Assembly: GCA_963787125.1 (NCBI GenBank)
Contig: CAWBBV010000001.1
Location: 320,001-384,000, forward strand
Direction of reading: 5' to 3'
Origin: an uncultured delta proteobacterium
GTDB taxonomy: Bacteria; Desulfobacterota; Desulfuromonadia; Geobacterales; DSM-12255
Length of the DNA: 64,000 nucleotides
Under the pieces are notes generated by a model. The model did not search any database. It was not told the DNA's origin and saw only the letters and a list, made by a program, of their open reading frames with translations. The translations under genes were made by a program, and so were the position numbers. Positions 11,022 through 20,427 of this stretch are shown here, one piece after another. Position 1 is the stretch's first letter. Each line of letters opens with the position of its first letter.

Positions 11022-12140
11022 TTGGCTGAAAAGCGAGATTATTATGAAGTGCTCGGCATACACCGTAATGCGGCTGAAACCGAGATAAAAAAAGCGTTCA
11101 GGAAGATGGCAGTTCAGTATCATCCTGATAAAAACCCAGGCGACAAGGCCGCTGAGGAGAAGTTCAAGGAACTTTCCGAAGCATATGAAGTCCTTTCCGA
11201 TGGGCAGAAAAGAGCCCAGTATGATCAGTTCGGCCATGCCGGTCTCAGCGGTGCCGGTTTCTCCGGGGGCGGATTTGGTGGCGGTTCTCCTTTTGGTGAT
11301 ATTTTCGGCGATATTTTCGGCGATATCTTTGGCGGCGGAGGCGGTGCCAGGCAGCGGGGGCGGGGCACCAGGGGCGACGACCTTCAGTACAATATGGGGA
11401 TAAGTTTCGAGGAGTCGGCTGCAGGAACGGAAAAGAAAATCGATATCCCTTATGCAAAACGCTGTACAACCTGCAGCGGCAGCGGGGCAAAGCCGGGAAC
11501 AGAGCCCAAGACCTGCCCGACTTGCAAGGGAGCTGGCCAGGTTCGTTTTCAGCAGGGATTTTTCAGTGTCAGTAAGACCTGCGGCCAGTGTAATGGTGAA
11601 GGACGTGTTGTTGACAATCCCTGTTCTGACTGCCGCGGAACCGGCTCGGTTCGTGACAAAAAGAGCCTTAATGTAAAAGTACCGCCAGGTGTCGAAACAG
11701 GAGTAAGGCTGAAGATTTCCGGTGAAGGGGGGCAGGGGACGAAAGGTGGCGGCAACGGTGATCTTTACGTCTATCTTGAAGTAAAAGAGCACCCGATCTT
11801 CAAACGTGAAGGGAATGATGTCATCTGCGAGATACCGATCAGCTTTACCCAGGTGGCGCTTGGCTGCGAACTGGCTGTGCCGACTCTGGAAGGTAAAGTG
11901 TCAATGAAGATTCCCGAAGGGACTCAGACAGGCAAGATATTCCGCCTGCGCGGTAAGGGAATAGTATCTCTCCAGGGCTACGGTAAGGGAGATCAGCTTG
12001 TTGTTCTGAAGGTTGAGACTCCTGCAAACTTAAGCAGCAGGCAGAGGGAGCTTCTTGAAGAGTTTGCTCATTTGAGTGGGGAAAATGTCAACCCTCAACA
12101 TAAGAATTTCTTCGATAAGGTCAAGGAGATGTTTAGTTGA
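11022..12140 (+). CDS. dnaJ: chaperone DnaJ
   Basis: J-domain HPD, G/F-rich region, four CxxCxGxG; likely TTG start at 11022. Confidence 0.97.
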   Translation: MAEKRDYYEVLGIHRNAAETEIKKAFRKMAVQYHPDKNPGDKAAEEKFKELSEAYEVLSDGQKRAQYDQFGHAGLSGAGFSGGGFGGGSPFGDIFGDIFGDIFGGGGGARQRGRGTRGDDLQYNMGISFEESAAGTEKKIDIPYAKRCTTCSGSGAKPGTEPKTCPTCKGAGQVRFQQGFFSVSKTCGQCNGEGRVVDNPCSDCRGTGSVRDKKSLNVKVPPGVETGVRLKISGEGGQGTKGGGNGDLYVYLEVKEHPIFKREGNDVICEIPISFTQVALGCELAVPTLEGKVSMKIPEGTQTGKIFRLRGKGIVSLQGYGKGDQLVVLKVETPANLSSRQRELLEEFAHLSGENVNPQHKNFFDKVKEMFS

Positions 12141-12709
12141 GGTGGTCTTTGATGTATCACAAAAAACAGATAATCTGCTTTTTACTGCTCCTGGCAGTTA
12201 CCAGCGTAGTTCCTTTGTCACGCCCTGTTTATGGGGGTGACAAAGGAACTACGGGGAAGATAACCCTGCTTCAGGACCACAAATATTTTGATGCCTTGAT
12301 CAGCGGTATTCGTAAGGCCAAAAAGGATATAGTCGGCTGCTTTTTTCTTTTCAAGGCGTCGGAGCATAAAGGTGATCAGCCCATGATGATTGTACGTGAG
12401 CTGATTGCGGCGCAAAAACGAGGCGTAACTGTTTCCATAGAGCTTGAGCAGGCGGCTACCGGTAAAGGTGCCATTTATGAGCAGAATCGCAAGGCTGCGA
12501 CTATGATGGCAGAAGCCGGAGTCAAGGTGCGCTTTGATACTCCGAAGACGACGACTCATGTAAAGGCGCTGGTCATTGACGGCCGCTACCTTTATATAGG
12601 CAGCCATAACCTCACCCAGAGTGCCCTTAAATACAACAATGAACTTTCTGTCATGATCGACTCGACCAAACTGGCAGAGGAGGTTACTGCTTACCTGAAT
12701 AATCTTTAA
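12137..12709 (+). CDS. exported phospholipase D / Nuc-type single-HKD protein
   Basis: [15 protein letters not shown] motif; N-terminal hydrophobic signal. Confidence 0.8.
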   Translation: MRWSLMYHKKQIICFLLLLAVTSVVPLSRPVYGGDKGTTGKITLLQDHKYFDALISGIRKAKKDIVGCFFLFKASEHKGDQPMMIVRELIAAQKRGVTVSIELEQAATGKGAIYEQNRKAATMMAEAGVKVRFDTPKTTTHVKALVIDGRYLYIGSHNLTQSALKYNNELSVMIDSTKLAEEVTAYLNNL

Positions 12710-12744
12710 CTGGCACTAACGGTTTTAATTTGCGATAATAGTCC

Positions 12745-14757
12745 ATGTTTTTCCAGAAACTCGTCCAGACTTTCCCCATGATTCTCCTTCCGCTTCTTGC
12801 AACTACAGCTATTGCTGCAGATGCTCCACCGGCGCTCCACGACGCCACAATAATTCTTGATTCATTAATACTGATCGCACTTGTTTTTGTTCTCTTTACT
12901 TTGCGAAAGAGATTTTTACCCGGAGCTAAACTGCGAAAAGGCGGTTATCGGGCGATGCTGGTCGATAGACGCAGGCGCATGGCTGAAAAAAAAGATCTCA
13001 AGGCGAGTGAGGAGCGCTACAAGGCTTTTATCACCATGAGTAAAGAAGGAATTTGGCGTGGTGATGTGCGTCCTCCTATTGATATTACCCTTCCGGTGGA
13101 GGAGCAGGTTGCAGCTTTTATCGAAAACCTGATGATCGTTGAGTGCAATGACGCTCTTGCACGCATCTACGGATTCGAGCGGGCTGAACAACTCATCGGG
13201 CGACGAACCAGAGAGTTTTACGATCTGGAGAAAATTGACGAAGTGCTCGATATCCTGGTGAAAAGCAACTATGCCCTGGCTGATTACGAAACCCGTCAGT
13301 TTGATCGGCACGGCAATCAGATCTGGCTCGCTTCGTCAATTACAGGGATTGTCAAGAACGGCAAGATTGGTCGCGTCTGGGGGATACGGCGTGATATTTC
13401 CGAGAAAAAACGCCAGCTGGAAGCGCTTGAATATCAGGCGAACCACGATTCGCTCACCGGTCTGCCTAACCGGTTTTATCTCAAGCAGCAATTGGAAAAG
13501 CATCTTGAAATGCTGGAAGATCACGGCCAGGTTGCCCTGTTCATGCTCGATCTTGATCGTTTTAAAGAAGTTAACGATACCCTGAGCCATCATGCGGGTG
13601 ATCTGCTGCTGATTGAGTTTGCCAAAAGGTTGCAGAATGTTCTCGCCGGGGTTGGTGGAGAGATAGCCAGGCTTGGTGGCGATGAGTTCGCAATTATTTA
13701 TACCAGGGTGCGCAATGAGCGGGATATCCTCTGGCTTGCAGAGTTGATGCTCCGCACCATGCAGTCGCCGTTTGATATTGAAAATATCAAGGTTGAGATC
13801 GAAGCAAGTATGGGCATAGCTGTTGCTCCCGAACATGGCGTTACCATGGCGAGCCTGCTTAGATGTGCTGATGTGGCTATGTATCGAGCTAAAAAGGAGA
13901 TGAAGCGCTACTGTCTCTACAGTCCGGAACACGATCCATATACTCCCGAACGGCTTGCTCTTATGAATGATCTGGGGCGGGCAATACGAGCAAGTCAGCT
14001 GGATATTCATTTTCAGCCAAAGATCAATCTGACCGAAGGAGGTCTGGCAGGATTTGAGGCTTTGGTCAGATGGAATCACCCTGAAAGGGGGATGCTCATG
14101 CCTGCCGAATTCATCCCTTTTGCCGAGATAGGTGATCTCATCGTCCCTCTTACTTATCAGGTGATCGAGAAGGCCATCCGCCAGCTTAAAACGTGGAACG
14201 ATCTTGGTATCAAGACATCAATAGCCTGCAACCTTTCTACTCGCCTGCTGATGGATGAGGACCTTCCATATCACATCGAAGCGTTTCTAAGTTCCTATGG
14301 AGTCAATCCAGCCTGTCTCGAGCTGGAGATCACCGAAACTGCGCTTATCTCGGAGCCTGACAGGGCCAGAGAAATTTTGATCCGGATAAGCGATTTGGGG
14401 ATAAGGTTGTCAATTGACGATTACGGAACAGGCTACTCATCACTGTCGTTGCTGAAAAGCCTGCCACTGAATGCGTTGAAGATAGATCTTCTTTTTATCA
14501 GTCAGATGCTCAAGAGTGAACAGGATGCGATTATTGTCTCATCGACAGTGACTCTGGCACACAACCTGGGACTGAAGGTTGTCGCGGAAGGGGTTGAATG
14601 TCGGGAAACACTCAACAAGCTCAAGGAGATCGGCTGTGACCATGCGCAGGGGTATTTTATCGGTCTTCCCATGTGTGCCGAGGTTGCAACTGAATGGCTG
14701 ACCAGGCAGCTCGCCACCAGCCCGTGCCGTGAAAGATGGGTTGTAGCAGTTAACTGA
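12745..14757 (+). CDS. membrane-anchored PAS-GGDEF-EAL diguanylate cyclase/phosphodiesterase
   Basis: N-terminal hydrophobic segments, PAS-like region, HDSLTGLPNR, RLGGDEF, FEALVRW, LEITE, IDDYGTGYSSL, AEGVE, QGY. Confidence 0.92.
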   Translation: MFFQKLVQTFPMILLPLLATTAIAADAPPALHDATIILDSLILIALVFVLFTLRKRFLPGAKLRKGGYRAMLVDRRRRMAEKKDLKASEERYKAFITMSKEGIWRGDVRPPIDITLPVEEQVAAFIENLMIVECNDALARIYGFERAEQLIGRRTREFYDLEKIDEVLDILVKSNYALADYETRQFDRHGNQIWLASSITGIVKNGKIGRVWGIRRDISEKKRQLEALEYQANHDSLTGLPNRFYLKQQLEKHLEMLEDHGQVALFMLDLDRFKEVNDTLSHHAGDLLLIEFAKRLQNVLAGVGGEIARLGGDEFAIIYTRVRNERDILWLAELMLRTMQSPFDIENIKVEIEASMGIAVAPEHGVTMASLLRCADVAMYRAKKEMKRYCLYSPEHDPYTPERLALMNDLGRAIRASQLDIHFQPKINLTEGGLAGFEALVRWNHPERGMLMPAEFIPFAEIGDLIVPLTYQVIEKAIRQLKTWNDLGIKTSIACNLSTRLLMDEDLPYHIEAFLSSYGVNPACLELEITETALISEPDRAREILIRISDLGIRLSIDDYGTGYSSLSLLKSLPLNALKIDLLFISQMLKSEQDAIIVSSTVTLAHNLGLKVVAEGVECRETLNKLKEIGCDHAQGYFIGLPMCAEVATEWLTRQLATSPCRERWVVAVN

Positions 14758-14783
14758 ATTTAGAAAGCTATAGCTATTTGTAG

Positions 14784-15674
14784 TTAGCCGTTCCTTGTTA
14801 AAAAAGCAGTTATCAAAGGGATTGCTTCATCCTTAACGTCCTCCAGAATGTAATGCCCACCTTTTTCCCATGAATGAACCTCTGCCGCCGGGAAACGTGC
14901 CTGCCACTCCTTAAGAAAGTGCCGGTCAAAGACAAAATCCTGTTCACCCCAGAGAATCAACAGCGGCAACTGCCGGAACTGTTCAAGGCCAGCTGCCGTG
15001 CTGGTGACAATGTCATAGCCACGGTCACCAGGTTTAAGCGGAATGTCCTGAACAAAGCGGAGTGTAGCGATGCGATTTTGCCAGGAATCGTAAGGGAGGC
15101 AGTAGAGTTTTTGCAACTCAATCGGCATGGGATTTATTTTACAGCCAACTTGGGCCGCCCCTTTGGCAAAAGCATTAAAACCCCTCACCAGGATGGCGCC
15201 GATAACAGAGTCACGGCAGATACGTAACCCCAGCGGGAGCGGCTTTGTTTTGGGCAGATGAAAGGCCGCTGTGTTGAGGATGACAAGGCGTGCCACAAGG
15301 TGGGGATGACGAACAGCCCAGCCCATGCCGATCATTCCACCCCAGTCATGAACTACCAGAGTGATCTTCTCTTTCAGGTCGAGACTGTCAATAAGCCGCT
15401 CCAGATCGGCAACCCGACTGGAGAGCGTATATTCGTAGCGATCGTCACCAGGTTTATCGGAAAAACCGCAACCGATATGATCAGGAACAATGCAGCGGTG
15501 GTCTTTGCTCAGAGCTTTGACAAGATTGCGGTAGTAAAAAGACCATGAAGGATTGCCGTGAACCATGACAACAGGAGAACCGGTACCTTCGTCAAGGTAA
15601 TGGTATTTAAGGCCGTCCAGGTCCAGATATTTGCCTCTGAAAGGGTATTCAGAGTTGATTGAGTGTGTCACCAT
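14784..15674 (-). CDS. oleB: OleB-like alpha/beta hydrolase (beta-lactone decarboxylase; haloalkane dehalogenase family)
   Basis: HGNPSWSFYYR, VHDWGG, GHYILED; overlaps the oleA stop. Confidence 0.8.
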   Translation of the reverse strand: MVTHSINSEYPFRGKYLDLDGLKYHYLDEGTGSPVVMVHGNPSWSFYYRNLVKALSKDHRCIVPDHIGCGFSDKPGDDRYEYTLSSRVADLERLIDSLDLKEKITLVVHDWGGMIGMGWAVRHPHLVARLVILNTAAFHLPKTKPLPLGLRICRDSVIGAILVRGFNAFAKGAAQVGCKINPMPIELQKLYCLPYDSWQNRIATLRFVQDIPLKPGDRGYDIVTSTAAGLEQFRQLPLLILWGEQDFVFDRHFLKEWQARFPAAEVHSWEKGGHYILEDVKDEAIPLITAFLTRNG

Positions 15675-16711
15675 TCCACCCCGAGCATCAAGCAGTTGAG
15701 GCCGCTTCCAATTCCCAGCAAGCTGACTCGTTCACCGGGGAGAATTTCCTCACGCTCGTCAGCGATTGCCAGAGTCAACGGCAGGGAGACAGTACCCATG
15801 TTACCGAGATATTCAAAGGTAGTAAAATCCTTGCCAGCCGGAATCCCGAGGGTTTTAAGAATCGCACTCTGATGTGCTGAACCGACCTGATGACAAACTA
15901 CTCGATCAACGTCGCCGGAATTCCATCCCATTTCAGGTAGAAATGCCGCCCAGGTGCGTCGTCCCAGCTCAACACCAAAGTTCATAACATTTACCGCATC
16001 GGTTGACATCTGCTGAATATATTTGCCGTTGCCGTCCGGAGCTACTCCCCAGAGACAAAGGCGGTGATGTTCCGGTGCGGCTTTTGTGATTCCGCCGATC
16101 AGTCGATGTCGGCCATTGACGGAAAAAGTTCCGTCTGTCAAAAGGACAGCCACAGCGCCGGAACCGCCTGTCAAGGTGGCAACCGAAGAAGCGAACTGCA
16201 CCATGCTGCGTTCAGCCAGCATTCGTTCAATCATGATGTCATTGATTTCGCGGGCACTTTCACAGGAGACAACCAGTCCAGCTCTTATCTGGCCGAGCTC
16301 TATCCGGTTGGCAATTTCCAGAATTCCGTTCAGCACCCCGAGACAGGCGTTGGAGATGTCAAAGATTGCGGCATCTCCGCCGATTCCGAGTGTCGCTGCA
16401 ACACGACAGGCAGTTGCCGGTTCGAACTGCTCGCGACAGACTCCGGTGTAGATCAGCGCACCGATATCCTCAGGGAGAACTCCGGCGCTTTCCATTGCTT
16501 TTTTGCCGGCAGCGGCCGCCCCCTGGGAAAGGGGATAACCCGGTTCCCACCAGCGCCTTTCACGAATGCCGGTGAGTGCCTGAAGTTGGCCGGGAGCAAA
16601 GCGTAGCGCCTTGTAGAGCGGCTCGAGACGGCCTTCCAATTCTGAGGATGTAACGACTACCGGTGCCAGTTCATAGCCAAGGGAAGTTATGTGCACTTTG
16701 GAGTACTTCAT
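15668..16711 (-). CDS. oleA: OleA-like thiolase-fold condensing enzyme (FabH superfamily)
   Basis: LTGIRERRWW, EPATA, SNACLG, HQVG, GNMG (Glu and Cys/His/Asn pattern of OleA), LLGIGSGLNC. Confidence 0.82.
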   Translation of the reverse strand: MKYSKVHITSLGYELAPVVVTSSELEGRLEPLYKALRFAPGQLQALTGIRERRWWEPGYPLSQGAAAAGKKAMESAGVLPEDIGALIYTGVCREQFEPATACRVAATLGIGGDAAIFDISNACLGVLNGILEIANRIELGQIRAGLVVSCESAREINDIMIERMLAERSMVQFASSVATLTGGSGAVAVLLTDGTFSVNGRHRLIGGITKAAPEHHRLCLWGVAPDGNGKYIQQMSTDAVNVMNFGVELGRRTWAAFLPEMGWNSGDVDRVVCHQVGSAHQSAILKTLGIPAGKDFTTFEYLGNMGTVSLPLTLAIADEREEILPGERVSLLGIGSGLNCLMLGVEW

Positions 16712-16808
16712 GATTCTCCTGTAAAAATATAAACTTGCCGTCCAATGAGAAGAAGTTTCTTATTGCTTTAAGTCCTGGTCTCGAATTTTACGGAAGCTAT
16801 TTATGGGG

Positions 16809-16864
16809 CATGGGTGAGACCGACTATGTGGCATATTAATGCCAAATAGCCGGTCTCACCCATG
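16809..16864. repeat. 56-bp near-perfect palindrome upstream of oleA
   Basis: CATGGGTGAGACCGACTATGTGGCAT-atta-ATGCCAAATAGCCGGTCTCACCCATG; 26-bp arms with 2 mismatches. Confidence 0.85.
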
Positions 16865-16920
16865 ATTGCTTAGATAAAAGCCAGAGGAATCTAGCACAAT
16901 GAAGAAATGATGTGAAGAGT

Positions 16921-17295
16921 TTATACCTTCAGTACTTTCCGAACGCTGTTAACAATGCTTTGTGGTGTGAAAGGTTTGCAGATGTAACCGTCTGCACCTG
17001 CTTCAGCAACCAGTTTGATAAGTTCATCCTCGCTTTTGGAGGAGATGAAGATGATTGGAATATCCTTACTAAAGTCCTTCTCTTTGAGAAGCTTAGCTTT
17101 TTTGTTGCCGTCAAGCAGCGGCATCATGATATCGAGGATAATCAGATCAGGTCTGCTGTTTGATGAAAAAATGTAGCTGTTTGCCTCGATGCCGTTAGTT
17201 GCTGTGTAAACATCATACTCTGCAGCTTTCAGGGCATCACTTGCCATGGCAAGCACCAAAGGACTGTCGTCTATTACCAGTATTTTTTGTGACAC
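16921..17295 (-). CDS. single-domain response regulator (CheY-like)
   Basis: VIDDS, DLIILDIMMP, ADGYICKPF. Confidence 0.9.
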   Translation of the reverse strand: MSQKILVIDDSPLVLAMASDALKAAEYDVYTATNGIEANSYIFSSNSRPDLIILDIMMPLLDGNKKAKLLKEKDFSKDIPIIFISSKSEDELIKLVAEAGADGYICKPFTPQSIVNSVRKVLKV

Positions 17296-17309
17296 TTAAA
17301 GCCTCCTTG

Positions 17310-18329
17310 TTAACAATTGAAAATCTTCATAACAGCTTCAGGTATCTCTTCCAGTGAAAGTACCTCTTCAGCGGCATTAATTGCAATAGCAGCTTTTGGC
17401 ATACCAAAAACAGCAGAGCTTTTCTCATCTTGAGCTATTGTTGCTGCGCCGCTGAGCTTCAGCCGCAGCAGGCCCTGCGCGCCGTCACGCCCCATTCCGG
17501 TCAGGAGCAGGCCGAGTGTTTCGCTTCCAAGATCCGGCGCCAGCGAGTTGAAAAATACATCAATAGAAGGTCTGCACGAGTTTACAGCGGGTGCATCAAC
17601 AAGTTTGATCACACCTTTTTCAATGACCATTTGACAATCGGTCGGCGCGACCAGAGCAGTCCCTGCCGTCGGGATGTCACCTGTTTCAGCGACACGCACG
17701 GAGATGTTGCTTTCAATATCAAGCCAGTGTGCAAAACCCTTTGCGAAGCCGGAAGAGATATGCTGGACAATGAATATTGCTCCGGAAAAATCTTGCGGAA
17801 GAGCTTTGACAATACTCATGACAGCTTTAGGCCCGCCGGTTGATGCGCCGATGGCAAGTATACTTCGGCGTGAGGAACTTGTGGTGGGTAAAACCATCAG
17901 CTCTTTTGATCTGCTGCGATGATGAATTACCTTTATGCGGGACAGGAGACGGATTTTTTCGAGAAGCTTTGTGACAAACTCGCGCTGATTGATACCGCCG
18001 CCAGCAGCAGGTTTTCCCATGACATCCAGCGCACCCTTCTTGATGGCAGTAAACGCAAGCTTTACATCTTTTTCATCCAGAGTTGCGGAGAGGATGAGAA
18101 TGGGTGTTGGTGTTTGCGCCATAATGGTTTCGGTCGCTTCCAGTCCACCCATGACAGGCATCAGAATATCCATGATAATGATATCAGGTTTCAGCGTAGC
18201 GGCCAGGGCAACTGCTTCGGCACCATTTATTGCTTCACCTACAACGGTCATATCGACCGCAGAATTAAGGGCATCACGGAGAACTGCTCTTACGAGGATA
18301 GAGTCATCAGCTATCAGAATTCGTATCAT
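17310..18329 (-). CDS. cheB: chemotaxis methylesterase CheB
   Basis: REC domain plus GASTGGP, VQHI, RPSID, LTGMGRDGA. Confidence 0.95.
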   Translation of the reverse strand: MIRILIADDSILVRAVLRDALNSAVDMTVVGEAINGAEAVALAATLKPDIIIMDILMPVMGGLEATETIMAQTPTPILILSATLDEKDVKLAFTAIKKGALDVMGKPAAGGGINQREFVTKLLEKIRLLSRIKVIHHRSRSKELMVLPTTSSSRRSILAIGASTGGPKAVMSIVKALPQDFSGAIFIVQHISSGFAKGFAHWLDIESNISVRVAETGDIPTAGTALVAPTDCQMVIEKGVIKLVDAPAVNSCRPSIDVFFNSLAPDLGSETLGLLLTGMGRDGAQGLLRLKLSGAATIAQDEKSSAVFGMPKAAIAINAAEEVLSLEEIPEAVMKIFNC

Positions 18330-18332
18330 TAT

Positions 18333-20384
18333 CTATCCTATCAATGTCTCGACAGTATCGAGGAGTGTGCCCTGCTCGAAGGCGCCTTTGACAATGTATG
18401 CCTGCGCACCGGCTTCTATGGCCTTTCTTTTATGCTCGTCCTTAGAGAGTGATGAAACGATGATGATCGGCACATTTTTGTACTCATCTATCGAGCGGAG
18501 GCGGGCAGTAAGCTCGAAACCGTTGAGGCCGGGCATCTCAACATCGGAAATTACCAGATCGAAGCTGGCGTTAGCAACCTTTTCAAGCGCGTCTTCGGCG
18601 GATATCGCTATTGTCACCTCATAGCGGTTTGCCACCAGGATACTTTTTTCCATAGTTCTTGTCGTGATGGAATCATCCACGACGAGAATATTCCCGCGTG
18701 AAACTATGGTTTGGCTCTTCTGAAGCGCCTTGCGGAGCCCGCCGTCGGCAACCCCCTCGGCAGTAGCGAAAATGTCGGGAACATCGAGGATCAGAGCAGG
18801 ATTGCCGTCACCCATAACAGTTGCGCCGAAAGTATGACGAACCTTTTTAAGCTGTCCGCCAAGACTCTTGACAACAACTTCAGATGTGCCGTGAGTACGA
18901 TCTATGGTGCAGGCAATCACCTGGTCTCGCTGTTTAAAGATAACTGCCGAGAGTTTGCCGTCAGTAATAGCAGTTTTCTCTTCTAAGCCGAGGATGGATG
19001 CTAAAGAGAATAGTGGTACGGTTGCATTTCTAACCGACAGGACCTCTTTACCGGCAACAGTCGCGATATCGGTACTGCGGATCTTCACGGTTTCCTGAAC
19101 ATATGAGAGCGGGATAGCATACTGCTCACCGCTACAGGAGATCATCAGGGCGTCAATTACTGCAAGAGTCAACGGCAGTGTCAACTGGATTTCCGTATAA
19201 ACGCCGACTTCGCTTCGGAGTGTCAGATTCCCCTTTACCTTTTCGATGTTCATTTTGACAACATCCATGCCGACACCGCGGCCTGAAATGTCTGTCACGA
19301 TTTCGCTGGTCGAAAATCCCTGTCTGAGTGTCAGATAAAGAGCCTCGTCATCCCGGAGCATCTCGGCTTCATCCTTATCGATAACCCCTCGGCGGAGCGC
19401 TGTTGCCTTTATTTTCTGGGGGTCCATCCCGGAGCCGTCGTCGCGAATTTCTATAACAACATTGTTCCCTTCATGATGTGCCGTAAGACGGATTGTGGCT
19501 TTTGCCGGTTTACCCCGGGCAAGCCTCTCTTCAGGTAGCTCAATGCCGTGGTCAACAGCATTGGTGAGCATATGGAGAAACATCGGTTTGAGGTTTTCCA
19601 GAAGGAGGCGATCAATTTCTATATGTTCTCCCCTGATCTCAAACTCGATCTCTTTTCCCTGGGCTTTTGCAAGATCACGCACCATCCTGATGAAACCTTC
19701 GGTGATAGTGCGCAGCGGCAGCATCCTGAGCGCCATCGCTTCAGCGTGAAGTTCCTGAATCAAGTAGCCAAGGTAGAGGACGTCTTCTTCAAGCGCCTGT
19801 TGAAACTCCATCAGTCTGTCTGTCTGAACGGTTGCGCCTGATAACCGGCCAAGCGCTTTCAACTCGTCGGATTTGTCCTCGAATCTCTTTTTATTGATAA
19901 TCAGTTCGCCCAGAAGGTTAACCAGGCTGTCCAGCGTTTTTACACTCGTTCGTACAGTATCGCCCAGCGCACCTGCCTCAGGTTTCTGCGTGTCAAGAAT
20001 CGCATCCGAGGTGGATATCCCCTGATCAAAAGCATCAATAAAGCGTTGCAGATCAATCGGTGAATCCATCCCTTTGGCAAGCGAGTCAGTCATCCTGCTG
20101 ATTGCGTCGGTGCCTTGCAGAAGAAGGTCAATGGAGTTTGTGTCAACTGAGCGTTCGCCATCCTCAATCTCCTTGAGAAAATCCTCCATCCGGTGGCCGA
20201 TAACGCTGATCTCTTCAAAGCCGAGCATTCGCGCCGAACCCTTCAGTGTATGGGCGTTGCGGAGCAACTCATGAACCAGCGGTTTGTTGTCCGGCTCCTT
20301 TTCCAGCACAAGGAGGTTTGTCTGGAGGGAGTCGATATGCTCCTGCGCTTCTTTAAGAAAAATATCGAGATACTTGATAGACAT
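18333..20384 (-). CDS. cheA: hybrid CheA kinase (HPt-HATPase-CheW-REC)
   Basis: AHTLKGSA, NAVDHGIE, DDGSGMD, SGRGVGMDVV; C-terminal REC (VDDS..SDVEMP). Confidence 0.95.
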   Translation of the reverse strand: MSIKYLDIFLKEAQEHIDSLQTNLLVLEKEPDNKPLVHELLRNAHTLKGSARMLGFEEISVIGHRMEDFLKEIEDGERSVDTNSIDLLLQGTDAISRMTDSLAKGMDSPIDLQRFIDAFDQGISTSDAILDTQKPEAGALGDTVRTSVKTLDSLVNLLGELIINKKRFEDKSDELKALGRLSGATVQTDRLMEFQQALEEDVLYLGYLIQELHAEAMALRMLPLRTITEGFIRMVRDLAKAQGKEIEFEIRGEHIEIDRLLLENLKPMFLHMLTNAVDHGIELPEERLARGKPAKATIRLTAHHEGNNVVIEIRDDGSGMDPQKIKATALRRGVIDKDEAEMLRDDEALYLTLRQGFSTSEIVTDISGRGVGMDVVKMNIEKVKGNLTLRSEVGVYTEIQLTLPLTLAVIDALMISCSGEQYAIPLSYVQETVKIRSTDIATVAGKEVLSVRNATVPLFSLASILGLEEKTAITDGKLSAVIFKQRDQVIACTIDRTHGTSEVVVKSLGGQLKKVRHTFGATVMGDGNPALILDVPDIFATAEGVADGGLRKALQKSQTIVSRGNILVVDDSITTRTMEKSILVANRYEVTIAISAEDALEKVANASFDLVISDVEMPGLNGFELTARLRSIDEYKNVPIIIVSSLSKDEHKRKAIEAGAQAYIVKGAFEQGTLLDTVETLIG

Positions 20385-20427
20385 TGATATCCCTTTACAA
20401 GGTGGTTTTCATAGTGGTGAAATGGCT

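Noticed and set aside
10917..11792. 291-aa antisense ORF and similar short overlapping ORFs across the window
   Set aside because: They lie opposite or within well-supported genes (dnaK, dnaJ, che genes, rimO) and show no independent coding signals
14784..15674. Haloalkane dehalogenase call
   Set aside because: Overlap with an OleA-type gene favours OleB, which belongs to the same family
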